64,000 nucleotides of DNA from the human T2T-CHM13v2.0 reference genome, Homo sapiens: the NCBI RefSeq assembly GCF_009914755.1, contig NC_060925.1; one strand, given 5' to 3'. The notes under the pieces were generated by a model. It had not been told where the DNA came from. It saw nothing but the letters and a program-made list of their open reading frames with translations, and searched no databases. The stretch's first letter is position 1; each line of letters opens with the position of its first letter. Shown here one piece after another: positions 43,001 to 59,400 of this stretch. A program made the position numbers and the translations under genes.

Positions 43001-46000
43001 ATCATCATTGAATGGAATCATCGAGTGGAATCGAATGGAATCATGATCAAATGGAATCGAATGTAATCATCATCAAATGGAATCAAAAATAACCATCATC
43101 AATTGGTATTGAATGGAATTGTCATCAAACGGAATTCAAAGGAATCATCAACAAATGGAACCGAATGGAATCCTCATTGAATGGAAATGAAAGGAGTCAT
43201 CATCTAATGGAATCGCATGGAATCATCATCAAATGGAATCGAATGGAATCATCATCAAATGGAATCTAATGGAATCATTGAACGGAATTGAATGGAATCG
43301 TCATCGAATGAATTGAATGCAATCAACGAATGGTCTCGAATGGAACCACATCCAAATGGAATGGAATGGAATCATCGCATAGAATCGAATGGAATTATCA
43401 TGGAATGGACCCGAATGGAATCAGCATCAAACGGAATCAAACGGAATTATCGAATGGAATCGAAGAGAATCATCGAACGGGCTCGAATGGAATCATCTAA
43501 TGGAATGGAATGGAAGAATCCATGGACTCGAATGCAATCATCATCGAATGGAATCGAATGGAATCATCGAATGGACTCGAATGGAATAATCATTGAACGG
43601 AATCGAATGGAATCATCATCGGATGGAAACGAATGGAATCATCATCGAATGGAATCGAATGGGATCATCAAATGGAATCAGATGGAATCATCATCAAATG
43701 GAATCGAATAGAATTATGGAATGAAATCCAATGTGATCATCATTGAATGGACTCGAATGGAATCATCATCCAATGGAAACTAATGGAATCAACATCGAAT
43801 GGAATCGAATGGAAACACCATCGAATTGAAACGAATGGAATTGTCATGAAATTGAAATGGATGGACTCATCATCGAATGGATTCGAATGGAATCATCGAA
43901 TGAAATTGATTGAAATCATCATCAAATGGAATCGAAAGGAATCATTGAATGCAATCGAATGGAATCATCATCAGATGGAAATGAATGGAATCATCATAGA
44001 ATGGAATCGCATGGATTCATTGAATGGAATCAGATGGAATCATCGAATGGACTTGAATGGAATCGTTGAATGGACTCGAATGGAATCATTATTGAATGGA
44101 ATTGAATAGAATCATCGAATGGTCTCGAATGGAATCATTATCAAATGAAGTCGAATGGAATCACCGAATAGAATCGAATGGAACAATCATCGAATGGACT
44201 CAAATGGAATTATCTTCAAATGGAATCAAGTGGATTTATCGAATGCAATCGAATGGAATTATCGAATGAAATCGAATAGAATCATCGAATGGACTCGAAT
44301 GGAATCATCGAATGGAATGCAATGGATTAATCCATGGACTCGAATTCAATCACCATCGAATACAATCGAATGGAGTCATCGAATCGACTCAAATGGAATA
44401 ATCATTGAATGGAATCGAATGGAATCATCGAGTGGAATCGAATGGAATCATGATCAAATGGAATCGAATGTAATCATCATCAAAAGGAATCAAAAATTAA
44501 CATCATCAATAGGTATTGAATGGAATTGTCATCAAACGGAATTCAAAGGAATCATCATCAAATGGAACCGAATGGAATCCTCATTGAATGGAAATGAAAG
44601 GAGTCATCATCTAATGGAATCGCATGGAATCATCATCAAATGGAATCGAATGGAATCGTCATTAAATGGAATCTAATGGAATCATTGAACGGAATTGAAT
44701 GGAATCGTCATCGAATGAATTCAATGCAATCAACGAATGGTCTCGAATGGAACCACCTCCAAATGGAATGGAATGGAATCATCGCATAGAATCGAATGGA
44801 ATTATCATCGAATGGATTCGAATGGAATCAACATCAAACGGGATCAAACGGAATTATCGAATGGAATCGAAGAGAATCATCGAACGGACTCGAATGGAAT
44901 CATCTAATGGAATGGAATGGAAGAATCCATGGACTCGAATGCAATCATCATCGAATGGAATCGAATGGAATCATTGAATGGACTCGAATGGAATAATCAT
45001 TGAATGGAAACGTATGGAATCATCATCGGATGGAAACGAATGGAATCATCAAATGGAATCAGATGGAATCATCATCAAATGGAATCGAATAGAATTATGG
45101 AATGAAATCCATTGTGATCATCATCGAAGGGACTCGAATGGAATCATCATCCAATGGAAACTAATGGAATCAACATCGAATGGAATCGAATGGAAACTCC
45201 ATCGAATTGAATCGAATGGAATTATCATGAAATTGAAATGGATGGACTCATCATCGAATGGATTCGAATGGAATCATCGAATGAAATTGATTGAAATCAT
45301 CATCTAATGGAATCGAATGGAATCATTGAATGGAATCGAATGGAATCATCATCAGATGCAAATGAATGCAATCATCATAGAATGGAATCGAGTGGATTCA
45401 TTGAATGGAATCAGATGGAATCATCGAATGGACTTGAATGGAATCATTGAATGGACTCGAATGGAATCATTATTGAATGGAATTGAATGGAATCATCGAA
45501 TGGTCTCGAATGGAATCATTATCAAATGGAATCGAATGGAATCACCGAATAGAATCGAATGGAACAATCATCGAATGGACTCAAATGGAATTATCCTCAA
45601 ATGGAATCGAATGGAATTATCGAATGCAATCGAATGGAATAATCGAATGCAATCGAATAGAATCATCGAATGGACTTGAAAGGAATCATCGATTGAAATG
45701 GAATGGAATAGTCAATGAACTCGAATGGAATCATCATTGAATGGAATCATCGAGTGGAATCGAATGGAATCATGATCAAATGGAATCGAATGTAATCGTC
45801 ATCAAATGGAATCAAAAATAACCATCATCAATTGGTATTGAATGGAATTGTCATCAAACGGAATTCAAAGGAATCATCAACAAATGGAACCGAATGGAAT
45901 CCTCATTGAATGGAAATGAAAGGAGTCATCATCTAATGGAATCGCATGGAATCATCATCAAATGGAATCGAATGGAATCATCATCAAATGGAATCTAATG

Positions 46001-47427
46001 GAATCATTGAACGGAATTGAATGGAATCGTCATCGAATGAATTGAATGCAATCAACGAATGGTCTCGAATGGAACCACATCCAAATGGAATGGAATGGAA
46101 TCATCGCATAGAATCGAATGGAATTATCATGGAATGGACCCGAATGGAATCAACATCAAACGGAATTAAACGGAATTATCGAATGGAATCGAAGAGAATC
46201 ATCGAACGGGCTCGAATGGAATCATCTAATGGAATGGAATGGAAGAATCCATGGACTCGAATGCAATCATCATCGAATGGAATCGAATGGAATCATCGAA
46301 TGGACTCGAATGGAATAATCATTGAACGGAATCGAATGGAATCATCATCGGATGGAAACGAATGGAATCATCATCGAATGGAATCGAATGGGATCATCAA
46401 ATGGAATCAGATGGAATCATCATCAAATGGAATCGAATAGAATTATGGAATGAAATCCATTGTGATCATCATTGAATGGACTCGAATGGAATCATCATCC
46501 AATGGAAACTAATGGAATCAACATCGAATGGAATCGAATGGAAACACCATCGAATTGAAACGAATGGAATTGTCATGAAATTGAAATGGATGGACTCATC
46601 ATCGAATGGATTCGAATGGAATCATCGAATGAAATTGATTGAAATCATCATCAAATGGAATCGAAAGGAATCATTGAATGCAATCGAATGGAATCATCAT
46701 CAGATGGAAATGAATGGAATCATCATAGAATGGAATCGCATGGATTCATTGAATGGAATCAGATGGAATCATCGAATGGACTTGAATGGAATCGTTGAAT
46801 GGACTCGAATGGAATCATTATTGAATGGAATTGAATAGAATCATCGAATGGTCTCGAATGGAATCATTATCAAATGAAGTCGAATGGAATCACCGAATAG
46901 AATCGAATGGAACAATCATCGAATGGACTCAAATGGAATTATCTTCAAATGGAATCAAATGGATTTAACGAATGCAATCGAATGGAATTATCGAATGAAA
47001 TCGAATAGAATCATCGAATGGACTCGAATGTAATCATCGAATGGAATGCAATGGATTAATCCATGGACTCGAATTCAATCACCATCGAATACAATCGAAT
47101 GGAGTCATCGAATCGACTCAAATGGAATAATCATTGAATGGAATCGAATGGAATCATCGAGTGGAATCGAATGGAATCATGATCAAATGGAATCGAATGT
47201 AATCATCATCAAATGGAATCAAAAATAAACATCATCAATAGGTATTGAATGGAATTGTCATCAAACGGAATTCAAAGGAATCATCATCAAATGGAACCGA
47301 ATGGAATCCTCATTGAATGGAAATGAAAGGAGTCATCATCTAATGGAATCGCATGGAATCATCATCAAATGGAATCGAATGGAATCATCATCAAATGGAA
47401 TCTAATGGAATCATTGAACGGAATTGA
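31054..47427 (-). repeat. Regular 2729-bp HOR block 2: 6 x (B + A)
   Basis: Anchors at 31054, 32376, 33783 ... 44699, 46021, 47428; 6 x 2729 = 16374. Confidence 0.94.
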
Positions 47428-50400
47428 ATGGAATCGTCATCGAATGAATTGAATGCAATCAACGAATGGTCTCGAATGGAACCACATCCAAATGGAATGG
47501 AATGGAATCATCGCATAGAATCGAATGGAATTATCATGGAATGGACCCGAATGGAATCAGCATCAAACGGAATCAAACGGAATTATCGAATGGAATCGAA
47601 GAGAATCATCGAACGGGCTCGAATGGAATCATCTAATGGAATGGAATGGAAGAATCCATGGACACGAATGCAATCATCATCGAATGGAATCGAATGGAAT
47701 CATCGAATGGACTCGAATGGAATAATCATTGAACGGAATCGAATGGAATCATCATCGGATGGAAACGAATGGAATCATCATCGAATGGAATCGAATGGGA
47801 TCATCAAATGGAATCAGATGGAATCATCATCAAATGGAATCGAATAGAATTATGGAATGAAATCCAATGTGATCATCATTGAATGGACTCGAATGGAATC
47901 ATCATCCAATGGAAACTAATGGAATCAACATCGAATGGAATCGAATGGAAACACCATCGAATTGAAACGAATGGAATTGTCATGAAATTGAAATGGATGG
48001 ACTCATCATCGAATGGATTCGAATGGAATCATCGAATGAAATTGATTGAAATCATCATCAAATGGAATCGAAAGGAATCATTGAATGCAATCGAATGGAA
48101 TCATCATCAGATGGAAATGAATGGAATCATCATAGAATGGAATCGCATGGATTCATTGAATGGAATCAGATGGAATCATCGAATGGACTTGAATGGAATC
48201 GTTGAATGGACTCGAATGGAATCATTATTGAATGGAATTGAATAGAATCATCGAATGGTCTCGAATGGAATCATTATCAAATGAAGTCGAATGGAATCAC
48301 CGAATAGAATCGAATGGAACAATCATCGAATGGACTCAAATGGAATTATCCTCAAATGGAATAAAAAGGATTTATCGAATGCAATCGAATGGAATTATCG
48401 AATGAAATCGAATAGAATCATCGAATGGACTCGAATGGAATCATCGAATGGAATGCAATGGATTAATCCATGGACTCGAATTCAATCACCATCGAATACA
48501 ATCGAATGGAGTCATCGAATCGACTCAAATGGAATAATCATTGAATGGAATCGAATGGAATCATCGAGTGGAATCGAATGGAATCATGATCAAATGGAAT
48601 CGAATGTAATCATCATCAAATGGAATCAAAAATAAACATCATCAATAGGTATTGAATGGAATTGTCATCAAACGGAATTCAAAGGTATCATCATCAAATG
48701 GAACCGAATGGAATCCTCATTGAATGGAAATGAAAGGAGTCATCATCTAATGGAATCGCATGGAATCATCATCAAATGGAATCGAATGGAATCGTCATTA
48801 AATGGAATCTAATGGAATCATTGAACGGAATTGAATGGAATCGTCATCGAATGAATTCAATGCAATCAACGAATGGTCTCGAATGGAACCACCTCCAAAT
48901 GGAATGGAATGGAATCATCGCATAGAATCGAATGGAATTATCATCGAATAGATTCGAATGGAATCAACATCAAACGGGATCAAACGGAATTATCGAATGG
49001 AATCGAAGAGAATCATCGAACGGACTCGAATGGAATCATCTAATGGAATGGAATGGAAGAATCCATGGACTCGAATGCAATCATCATCGAATGGAATCGA
49101 ATGGAATCATTGAATGGACTCGAATGGAATAATCATTGAATGGAATCGAATGGAATCATCATCGGATGGAAACGAATGGAATCATCAAATGGAATCAGAT
49201 GGAATCATCATCAAATGGAATCGAATAGAATTATGGAATGAAATCCATTGTGATCATCATCGAATGGACTCGAAAGGAATCATCATCCAATGGAAACTAA
49301 TGGAATCAACATCGAATGGAATCGAATGGAAACTCCACCGAATTGAAACGAATGGAATTATCATGAAATTGAAATGGATGGACTCATCATCGAATGGATT
49401 CGAATGGAATCATCGAATGAAATTGATTGAAATCATCATCAAATGGAATCGAAAGGAATCATTGAATGGAATCGAATGGAATCATCATCAGATGCAAATG
49501 AATGCAATCATCATAGAATGGAATCGAGTGGATTCATTGAATGGAATCAGATGGAATCATCGAATGGACTTGAATGGAATCATTGAATGGACTCGAATGG
49601 AATCATTATTGAATGGAATTGAATGGAATCATCGAATGGTCTCGAATGGAATCATTATCAAATGGAATCGAATGGAATCACCGAATAGAATCGAATGGAA
49701 CAATCATCGAATGGACTCAAATGGAATTATCCTCAAATGGAATCGAATGGAATTATCAAATGCAATCGAATGGAATAATCGAATGCAATCGAATAGAATC
49801 ATCGAATGGACTTGAAGGGAATCATCGATTGAAATGGAATGGAATAGTCAATGAACTCGAATGGAATCATCATTGAATGGAATCATCGAGTGGAATCGAA
49901 TGGAATCATGATCAAATGGAATCGAATGTAATCATCATCAAATGGAATCAAAAATAACCATCATCAATTGGTATTGAATGGAATTGTCATCAAACGGAAT
50001 TCAAAGGAATCATCAACAAATGGAACCGAATGGAATCCTCATTGAATGGAAATGAAAGGAGTCATCATCTAATGGAATCGCATGGAATCATCATCAAATG
50101 GAATCGAATGGAATCATCATCAAATGGAATCTAATGGAATCATTGAACGGAATTGAATGGAATCGTCATCGAATGAATTGAATGCAATCAACGAATGGTC
50201 TCGAATGGAACCACATCCAAATGGAATGGAATGGAATCATCGCATAGAATCGAATGGAATTATCATGGAATGGACCCGAATGGAATCAACATCAAACGGA
50301 ATCAAACGGAATTATCGAATGGAATCGAAGAGAATCATCGAACGGGCTCGAATGGAATCATCTAATGGAATGGAATGGAAGAATCCATGGACTCGAATGC

Positions 50401-53400
50401 AATCATCATCGAATGGAATCGAATGGAATCATCGAATGGACTCGAATGGAATAATCATTGAACGGAATCGAATGGAATCATCATCGGATGGAAACGAATG
50501 GAATCATCATCGAATGGAATCGAATGGGATCATCAAATGGAATCAGATGGAATCATCATCAAATGGAATCGAATAGAATTATGGAATGAAATCCAATGTG
50601 ATCATCATTGAATGGACTCGAATGGAATCATCATCCAATGGAAACTAATGGAATCAACATCGAATGGAATCGAATGGAAACACCATCGAATTGAAACGAA
50701 TGGAATTGTCATGAAATTGAAATGGATGGACTCATCATCGAATGGATTCGAATGGAATCATCGAATGAAATTGATTGAAATCATCATCAAATGGAATCGA
50801 AAGGAATCATTGAATGCAATCGAATGGAATCATCATCAGATGCAAATGAATGGAATCATCATAGAATGGAATCGCATGGATTCATTGAATGGAATCAGAT
50901 GGAATCATCGAATGGACTTGAATGGAATCGTTGAATGGACTCGAATGGAATCATTATTGAATGGAATTGAATAGAATCATCGAATGGTCTCGAATGGAAT
51001 CATTATCAAATGAAGTCGAATGGAATCACCGAATAGAATCGAATGGAACAATCATCGAATGGACTCAAATGGAATTATCCTCAAATGGAATAAAAAGGAT
51101 TTATCGAATGCAATCGAATGGAATTATCGAATGAAATCGAATAGAATCATCGAATGGACTCGAATGGAATCATCGAATGGAATGCAATGGATTAATCCAT
51201 GGACTCGAATTCAATCACCATCGAATACAATCGAATGGAGTCATCGAATCGACTCAAATGGAATAATCATTGAATGGAATCGAATGGAATCATCGAGTGG
51301 AATCGAATGGAATCATGATCAAATGGAATCGAATGTAATCATCATCAAATGGAATCAAAAATAAACATCATCAATAGGTATTGAATGGAATTGTCATCAA
51401 ACGGAATTCAAAGGTATCATCATCAAATGGAACCGAATGGAATCCTCATTGAATGGAAATGAAAGGAGTCATCATCTAATGGAATCGCATGGAATCATCA
51501 TCAAATGGAATCGAATGGAATCGTCATTAAATGGAATCTAATGGAATCATTGAACGGAATTGAATGGAATCGTCATCGAATGAATTCAATGCAATCAACG
51601 AATGGTCTCGAATGGAACCACCTCCAAATGGAATGGAAGGGAATCATCGCATAGAATCGAATGGAATTATCATCGAATAGATTCGAATGGAATCAACATC
51701 AAACGGGATCAAACGGAATTATCGAATGGAATCGAAGAGAATCATCGAACGGACTCGAATGGAATCATCTAATGGAATGGAATGGAAGAATCCATGGACT
51801 CGAATGCAATCATCATCGAATGGAATCGAATGGAATCATTGAATGGACTCGAATGGAATAATCATTGAATGGAATCGAATGGAATCATCATCGGATGGAA
51901 ACGAATGGAATCATCAAATGGAATCAGATGGAATCATCATCAAATGGAATCGAATAGAATTATGGAATGAAATCCATTGTGATCATCATCGAATGGACTC
52001 GAAAGGAATCATCATCCAATGGAAACTAATGGAATCAACATCGAATGGAATCGAATGGAAACTCCACCGAATTGAAACGAATGGAATTATCATGAAATTG
52101 AAATGGATGGACTCATCATCGAATGGATTCGAATGGAATCATCGAATGAAATTGATTGAAATCATCATCAAATGGAATCGAAAGGAATCATTGAATGGAA
52201 TCGAATGGAATCATCATCAGATGCAAATGAATGCAATCATCATAGAATGGAATCGAGTGGATTCATTGAATGGAATCAGATGGAATCATCGAATGGACTT
52301 GAATGGAATCATTGAATGGACTCGAATGGAATCATTATTGAATGGAATTGAATGGAATCATCGAATGGTCTCGAATGGAATCATTATCAAATGGAATCGA
52401 ATGGAATCACCGAATAGAATCGAATGGAACAATCATCGAATGGACTCAAATGGAATTATCCTCAAATGGAATCGAATGGAATTATCAAATGCAATCGAAT
52501 GGAATAATCGAATGCAATCGAATAGAATCATCGAATGGACTTGAAGGGAATCATCGATTGAAATGGAATGGAATAGTCAATGAACTCGAATGGAATCATC
52601 ATTGAATGGAATCATCGAGTGGAATCGAATGGAATCATGATCAAATGGAATCGAATGTAATCATCATCAAATGGAATCAAAAATAACCATCATCAATTGG
52701 TATTGAATGGAATTGTCATCAAACGGAATTCAAAGGAATCATCAACAAATGGAACCGAATGGAATCCTCATTGAATGGAAATGAAAGGAGTCATCATCTA
52801 ATGGAATCGCATGGAATCATCATCAAATGGAATCGAATGGAATCATCATCAAATGGAATCTAATGGAATCATTGAACGGAATTGAATGGAATCGTCATCG
52901 AATGAATTGAATGCAATCAACGAATGGTCTCGAATGGAACCACATCCAAATGGAATGGAATGGAATCATCGCATAGAATCGAATGGAATTATCATGGAAT
53001 GGACCCGAATGGAATCAACATCAAACGGAATCAAACGGAATTATCGAATGGAATCGAAGAGAATCATCGAACGGGCTCGAATGGAATCATCTAATGGAAT
53101 GGAATGGAAGAATCCATGGACTCGAATGCAATCATCATCGAATGGAATCGAATGGAATCATCGAATGGACTCGAATGGAATAATCATTGAACGGAATCGA
53201 ATGGAATCATCATCGGATGGAAACGAATGGAATCATCATCGAATGGAATCGAATGGGATCATCAAATGGAATCAGATGGAATCATCATCAAATGGAATCG
53301 AATAGAATTATGGAATGAAATCCAATGTGATCATCATTGAATGGACTCGAATGGAATCATCATCCAATGGAAACTAATGGAATCAACATCGAATGGAATC

Positions 53401-56400
53401 GAATGGAAACACCATCGAATTGAAACGAATGGAATTGTCATGAAATTGAAATGGATGGACTCATCATCGAATGGATTCGAATGGAATCATCGAATGAAAT
53501 TGATTGAAATCATCATCAAATGGAATCGAAAGGAATCATTGAATGCAATCGAATGGAATCATCATCAGATGGAAATGAATGGAATCATCATAGAATGGAA
53601 TCGCATGGATTCATTGAATGGAATCAGATGGAATCATCGAATGGACTTGAATGGAATCGTTGAATGGACTCGAATGGAATCATTATTGAATGGAATTGAA
53701 TAGAATCATCGAATGGTCTCGAATGGAATCATTATCAAATGAAGTCGAATGGAATCACCGAATAGAATCGAATGGAACAATCATCGAATGGACTCAAATG
53801 GAATTATCTTCAAATGGAATCAAATGGATTTATCGAATGCAATCGAATGGAATTATCGAATGCAATCGAATAGAATCATCGAATGGACTCGAATGGAATC
53901 ATCGAATGGAATGCAATGGATTAATCCATGGACTCGAATTCAATCACCATCGAATACAATCGAATGGAGTCATCGAATCGACTCAAATGGAATAATCATT
54001 GAATGGAATCGAATGGAATCATCGAGTGGAATCGAATGGAATCATGATCAAATGGAATCGAATGTAATCATCATCAAATGGAATCAAAAATAAACATCAT
54101 CAATAGGTATTGAATGGAATTGTCATCAAACGGAATTCAAAGGAATCATCATCAAATGGAACCGAATGGAATCCTCATTGAATGGAAATGAAAGGAGTCA
54201 TCATCTAATGGAATCGCATGGAATCATCATCAAATGGAATCGAATGGAATCGTCATTAAATGGAATCTAATGGAATCATTGAACGGAATTGAATGGAATC
54301 GTCATCGAATGAATTCAATGCAATCAACGAATGGTCTCGAATGGAACCACCTCCAAATGGAATGGAATGGAATCATCGCATAGAATCGAATGGAATTATC
54401 ATCGAATGGATTCGAATGGAATCAACATCAAACGGGATCAAACGGATTTATCGAATGGAATCGAAGAGAATCATCGAACGGACTCGAATGGAATCATCTA
54501 ATGGAATGGAATGGAAGAATCCATGGACTCGAACGCAATCATCATCGAATGGAATCGAATGGAATCATTGAATGGACTCGAATGGAATAATCATTGAATG
54601 GAATCGAATGGAATCATCATCGGATGGAAACGAATGAAATCATCAAATGGAATCAGATGGAATCATCATCAAATGGAATCGAATAGAATTATGGAATGAA
54701 ATCCATTGTGATCATCATCGAATGGACTCGAATGGAATCATCATCCAATGGAAACTAATGGAATCAACATCGAATGGAATCGAATGGAAACTCCATCGAA
54801 TTGAATCGAATGGAATTATCATGAAATTGAAATGGATGGACTCATCATCGAATGGATTCGAATGGAATCATCGAATGAAATTGTTTGAAATCATCATCAA
54901 ATGGAATCGAATGGAATCATTGAATGGAATCGAATGGAATCATCATCAGATGGAAATGAATGCAATCATCATAGAATGGAATCGAGTGGATTCATTGAAT
55001 GGAATCAGATGGAATCATCGAATGGACTTGAATGGAATCATTGAATGGACTCGAATGGAATCATTATTGAATGGAATTGAATGGAATCATCGAATGGTCT
55101 CGAATGGAATCATTATCAAATGGAATCGAATGGAATCACCGAATAGAATCGAATGGAACAATCATCGAATGGACTCAAATGGAATTATCCTCAAATGGAA
55201 TCGAATGGAATTATCGAATGCAATCGAATGGAATAATCGAATGCAATCGAATAGAATCATCGAATGGACTTGAAGGGAATCATCGATTGAAATGGAATGG
55301 AATAGTCAATGAACTCGAATGGAATCATCATTGAATGGAATCTTCGAGTGGAATCGAATGGAATCATGATCAAATGGAATCGAAAGTAATCATCATCAAA
55401 TGGAATCAAAAATAACCATCATCAATTGGTATTGAATGGAATTGTCATCAAACGGAATTCAAAGGAATCATCAACAAATGGAACCGAATGGAATCCTCAT
55501 TGAATGGAAATGAAATGAGTCATCATCTAATGGAATCGCATGGAATCATCATCAAATGGAATCGAATGGAATCATCATCAAATGGAATCTAATGGAATCA
55601 TTGAACGGAATTGAATGGAATCGTCATCGAATGAATTGAATGCAATCAACGAATGGTCTCGAATGGAACCACATCCAAATGGAATGGAATGGAATCATCG
55701 CATAGAATCGAATGGAATTATCATGGAATGGACCCGAATGGAATCAACATCAAACGGAATCAAACGGAATTATCGAATGGAATCGAAGAGAATCATCGAA
55801 CGGGCTCGAATGGAATCATCTAATGGAATGGAATGGAAGAATCCATGGACTCGAATGCAATCATCATCGAATGGAATCGAATGGAATCATCGAATGGACT
55901 CGAATGGAATAATCATTGAACGGAATCGAATGGAATCATCATCGGATGGAAACGAATGGAATCATCATCGAATGGAATCGAATGGGATCCTCAAATGGAA
56001 TCAGATGGAATCATCATCAAATGGAATCGAATAGAATTATGGAATGAAATCCAATGTGATCATCATTGAATGGACTCGAATGGAATCATCATCCAATGGA
56101 AACTAATGGAATCAACATCGAATGGAATCGAGTGGAAACACCATCGAATTGAAACGAATGGAATTGTCATGAAATTGAAATGGATGGACTCATCATCGAA
56201 TGGATTCGAATGGAATCATCGAATGAAATTGATTGAAATCATCATCAAATGGAATCGAAAGGAATCATTGAATGCAATCGAATGGAATCATCATCAGATG
56301 GAAATGAATGGAATCATCATAGAATGGAATCGCATGGATTCATTGAATGGAATCAGATGGAATCATCGAATGGACTTGAATGGAATCGTTGAATGGACTC

Positions 56401-59400
56401 GAATGGAATCATTATTGAATGGAATTGAATAGAATCATCGAATGGTCTCGAATGGAATCATTATCAAATGAAGTCGAATGGAATCACCGAATAGAATCGA
56501 ATGGAACAATCATCGAATGGACTCAAATGGAATTATCCTCAAATGGAATAAAAGGATTTATCGAATGCAATCGAATGGAATTATCGAATGAAATCGAATA
56601 GAATCATCGAATGGACTCGAATGGAATCATCGAATGGAATGCAATGGATTAATCCATGGACTCGAATTCAATCACCATCGAATACAATCGAATGGAGTCA
56701 TCGAATCGACTCAAATGGAATAATCATTGAATGGAATCGAATGGAATCATCGAGTGGAATCGAATGGAATCATGATCAAATGGAATCGAATGTAATCATC
56801 ATCAAAAGGAATCAAAAATAAACATCATCAATAGGTATTGAATGGAATTGTCATCAAACGGAATTCAAAGGAATCATCATCAAATGGAACCGAATGGAAT
56901 CCTCATTGAATGGAAATGAAAGGAGTCATCATCTAATGGAATCGCATGGAATCATCATCAAATGGAATCGAATGGAATCGTCATTAAATGGAATCTAATG
57001 GAATCATTGAACGGAATTGAATGGAATCGTCATCGAATGAATTCAATGCAATCAACGAATGGTCTCGAATGGAACCACCTCCAAATGGAATGGAATGGAA
57101 TCATCGCATAGAATCGAATGGAATTATCATCGAATGGATTCGAATGGAATCAACATCAAACGGGATCAAACGGAATTATCGAATGGAATCGAAGAGAATC
57201 ATCGAACGGACTCGAATGGAATCATCTAATGGAATGGAATGGAAGAATCCATGGACTCGAATGCAATCATCATCGAATGGAATCGAATGGAATCATTGAA
57301 TGGACTCGAATGGAATAATCATTGAATGGAATCGAATGGAATCATCATCGGATGGAAACGAATGGAATCATCAAATGGAATCAGATGGAATCATCATCAA
57401 ATGGAATCGAATAGAATTATGGAATGAAATCCATTGTGATCATCATCGAATGGACTCGAATGGAATCATCATCCAATGGAAACTAATGGAATCAACATCG
57501 AATGGAATCGAATGGAAACTCCATCGAATTGAATCGAATGGAATTATCATGAAATTGAAATAGATGGACTCATCATCGAATGGATTCGAATGGAATCATC
57601 GAATGAAATTGATTGAAATCATCATCTAATGGAATCGAATGGAATCATTGAATGGAATCGAATGGAATCATCATCAGATGCAAATGAATGCAATCATCAT
57701 AGAATGGAATCGAATGGATTCATTGAATGGAATCAGATGGAATCATCGAATGGACTTGAATGGAATCATTGAATGGACTCGAATGGAATCATTATTGAAT
57801 GGAATTGAATGGAATCATCGAATGGTCTCGAATGGAATCATTATCAAATGGAATCGAATGGAATCACCGAATAGAATCGAATGGAACAATCATCGAATGG
57901 ACTCAAATGGAATTATCCTCAAATGGAATCGAATGGAATTATCGAATGCAATCGAATGGAATAATCGAATGCAATCGAATAGAATCATCGAATGGACTTG
58001 AAGGGAATCATCGATTGAAATGGAATGGAATAGTCAATGAACTCGAATGGAATCATCATTGAATGGAATCATCGAGTGGAATCGAATGGAATCATGATCA
58101 AATGGAATCGAATGTAATCATCATCAAATGGAATCAAAAATAACCATCATCAATTGGTATTGAATGGAATTGTCATCAAACGGAATTCAAAGGAATCATC
58201 AACAAATGGAACCGAATGGAATCCTCATTGAATGGAAATGAAAGGAGTCATCATCTAATGGAATCGCATGGAATCATCATCAAATGGAATCGAATGGAAT
58301 CATCATCAAATGGAATCTAATGGAATCATTGAACGGAATTGAATGGAATCGTCATCGAATGAATTGAATGCAATCAACGAATGGTCTCGAATGGAACCAC
58401 ATCCAAATGGAATGGAATGGAATCATCGCATAGAATCGAATGGAATTATCATCGAATGGACCCGAATGGAATCAACATCAAACGGAATCAAACGGAATTA
58501 TCGAATGGAATCGAAGAGAATCATCGAACGGGCTCGAATGGAATCATCTAATGGAATGGAATGGAAGAATCCATGGACTCGAATGCAATCATCATCGAAT
58601 GGAATCGAATGGAATCATCGAATGGACTCGAATGGAATAATCATTGAACGGAATCGAATGGAATCATCATCGGATGGAAACGAATGGAATCATCATCGAA
58701 TGGAATCGAATGGGATCATCAAATGGAATCAGATGGAATCATCATCAAATGGAATCGAATAGAATTATGGAATGAAATCCAATGTGATCATCATCGAATG
58801 GACTCGAATGGAATCATCATCCAATGGAAACTAATGGAATCAACATCGAATGGAATCGAATGGAAACACCATCGAATTGAAACGAATGGAATTGTCATGA
58901 AATTGAAATGGATGGACTCATCATCGAATGGATTCGAATGGAATCATCGAATGAAATTGATTGAAATCATCATCAAATGGAATCGAAAGGAATCATTGAA
59001 TGCAATCGAATGGAATCATCATCAGATGGAAATGAATGGAATCATCATAGAATGGAATCGCATGGATTCATTGAATGGAATCAGATGGAATCATCGAATG
59101 GACTTGAATGGAATCGTTGAATGGACTCGAATGGAATCATTATTGAATGGAATTGAATAGAATCATCGAATGGTCTCGAATGGAATCATTATGAAATGAA
59201 GTCGAATGGAATCACCGAATAGAATCGAATGGAACAATCATCGAATGGACTCAAATGGAATTATCTTCAAATGGAATCAAATGGATTTATCGAATGCAAT
59301 CGAATGGAATTATCGAATGCAATCGAATAGAATCATCGAATGGACTCGAATGGAATCATCGAATGGAATGCAATGGATTAATCCATGGACTCGAATTCAA

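Noticed and set aside
56547-56558. 1-bp deletion in aataaaaagg, making a 1406-bp unit
   Set aside because: A single-base loss in an A homopolymer; it could be a sequencing error or trivial slippage.
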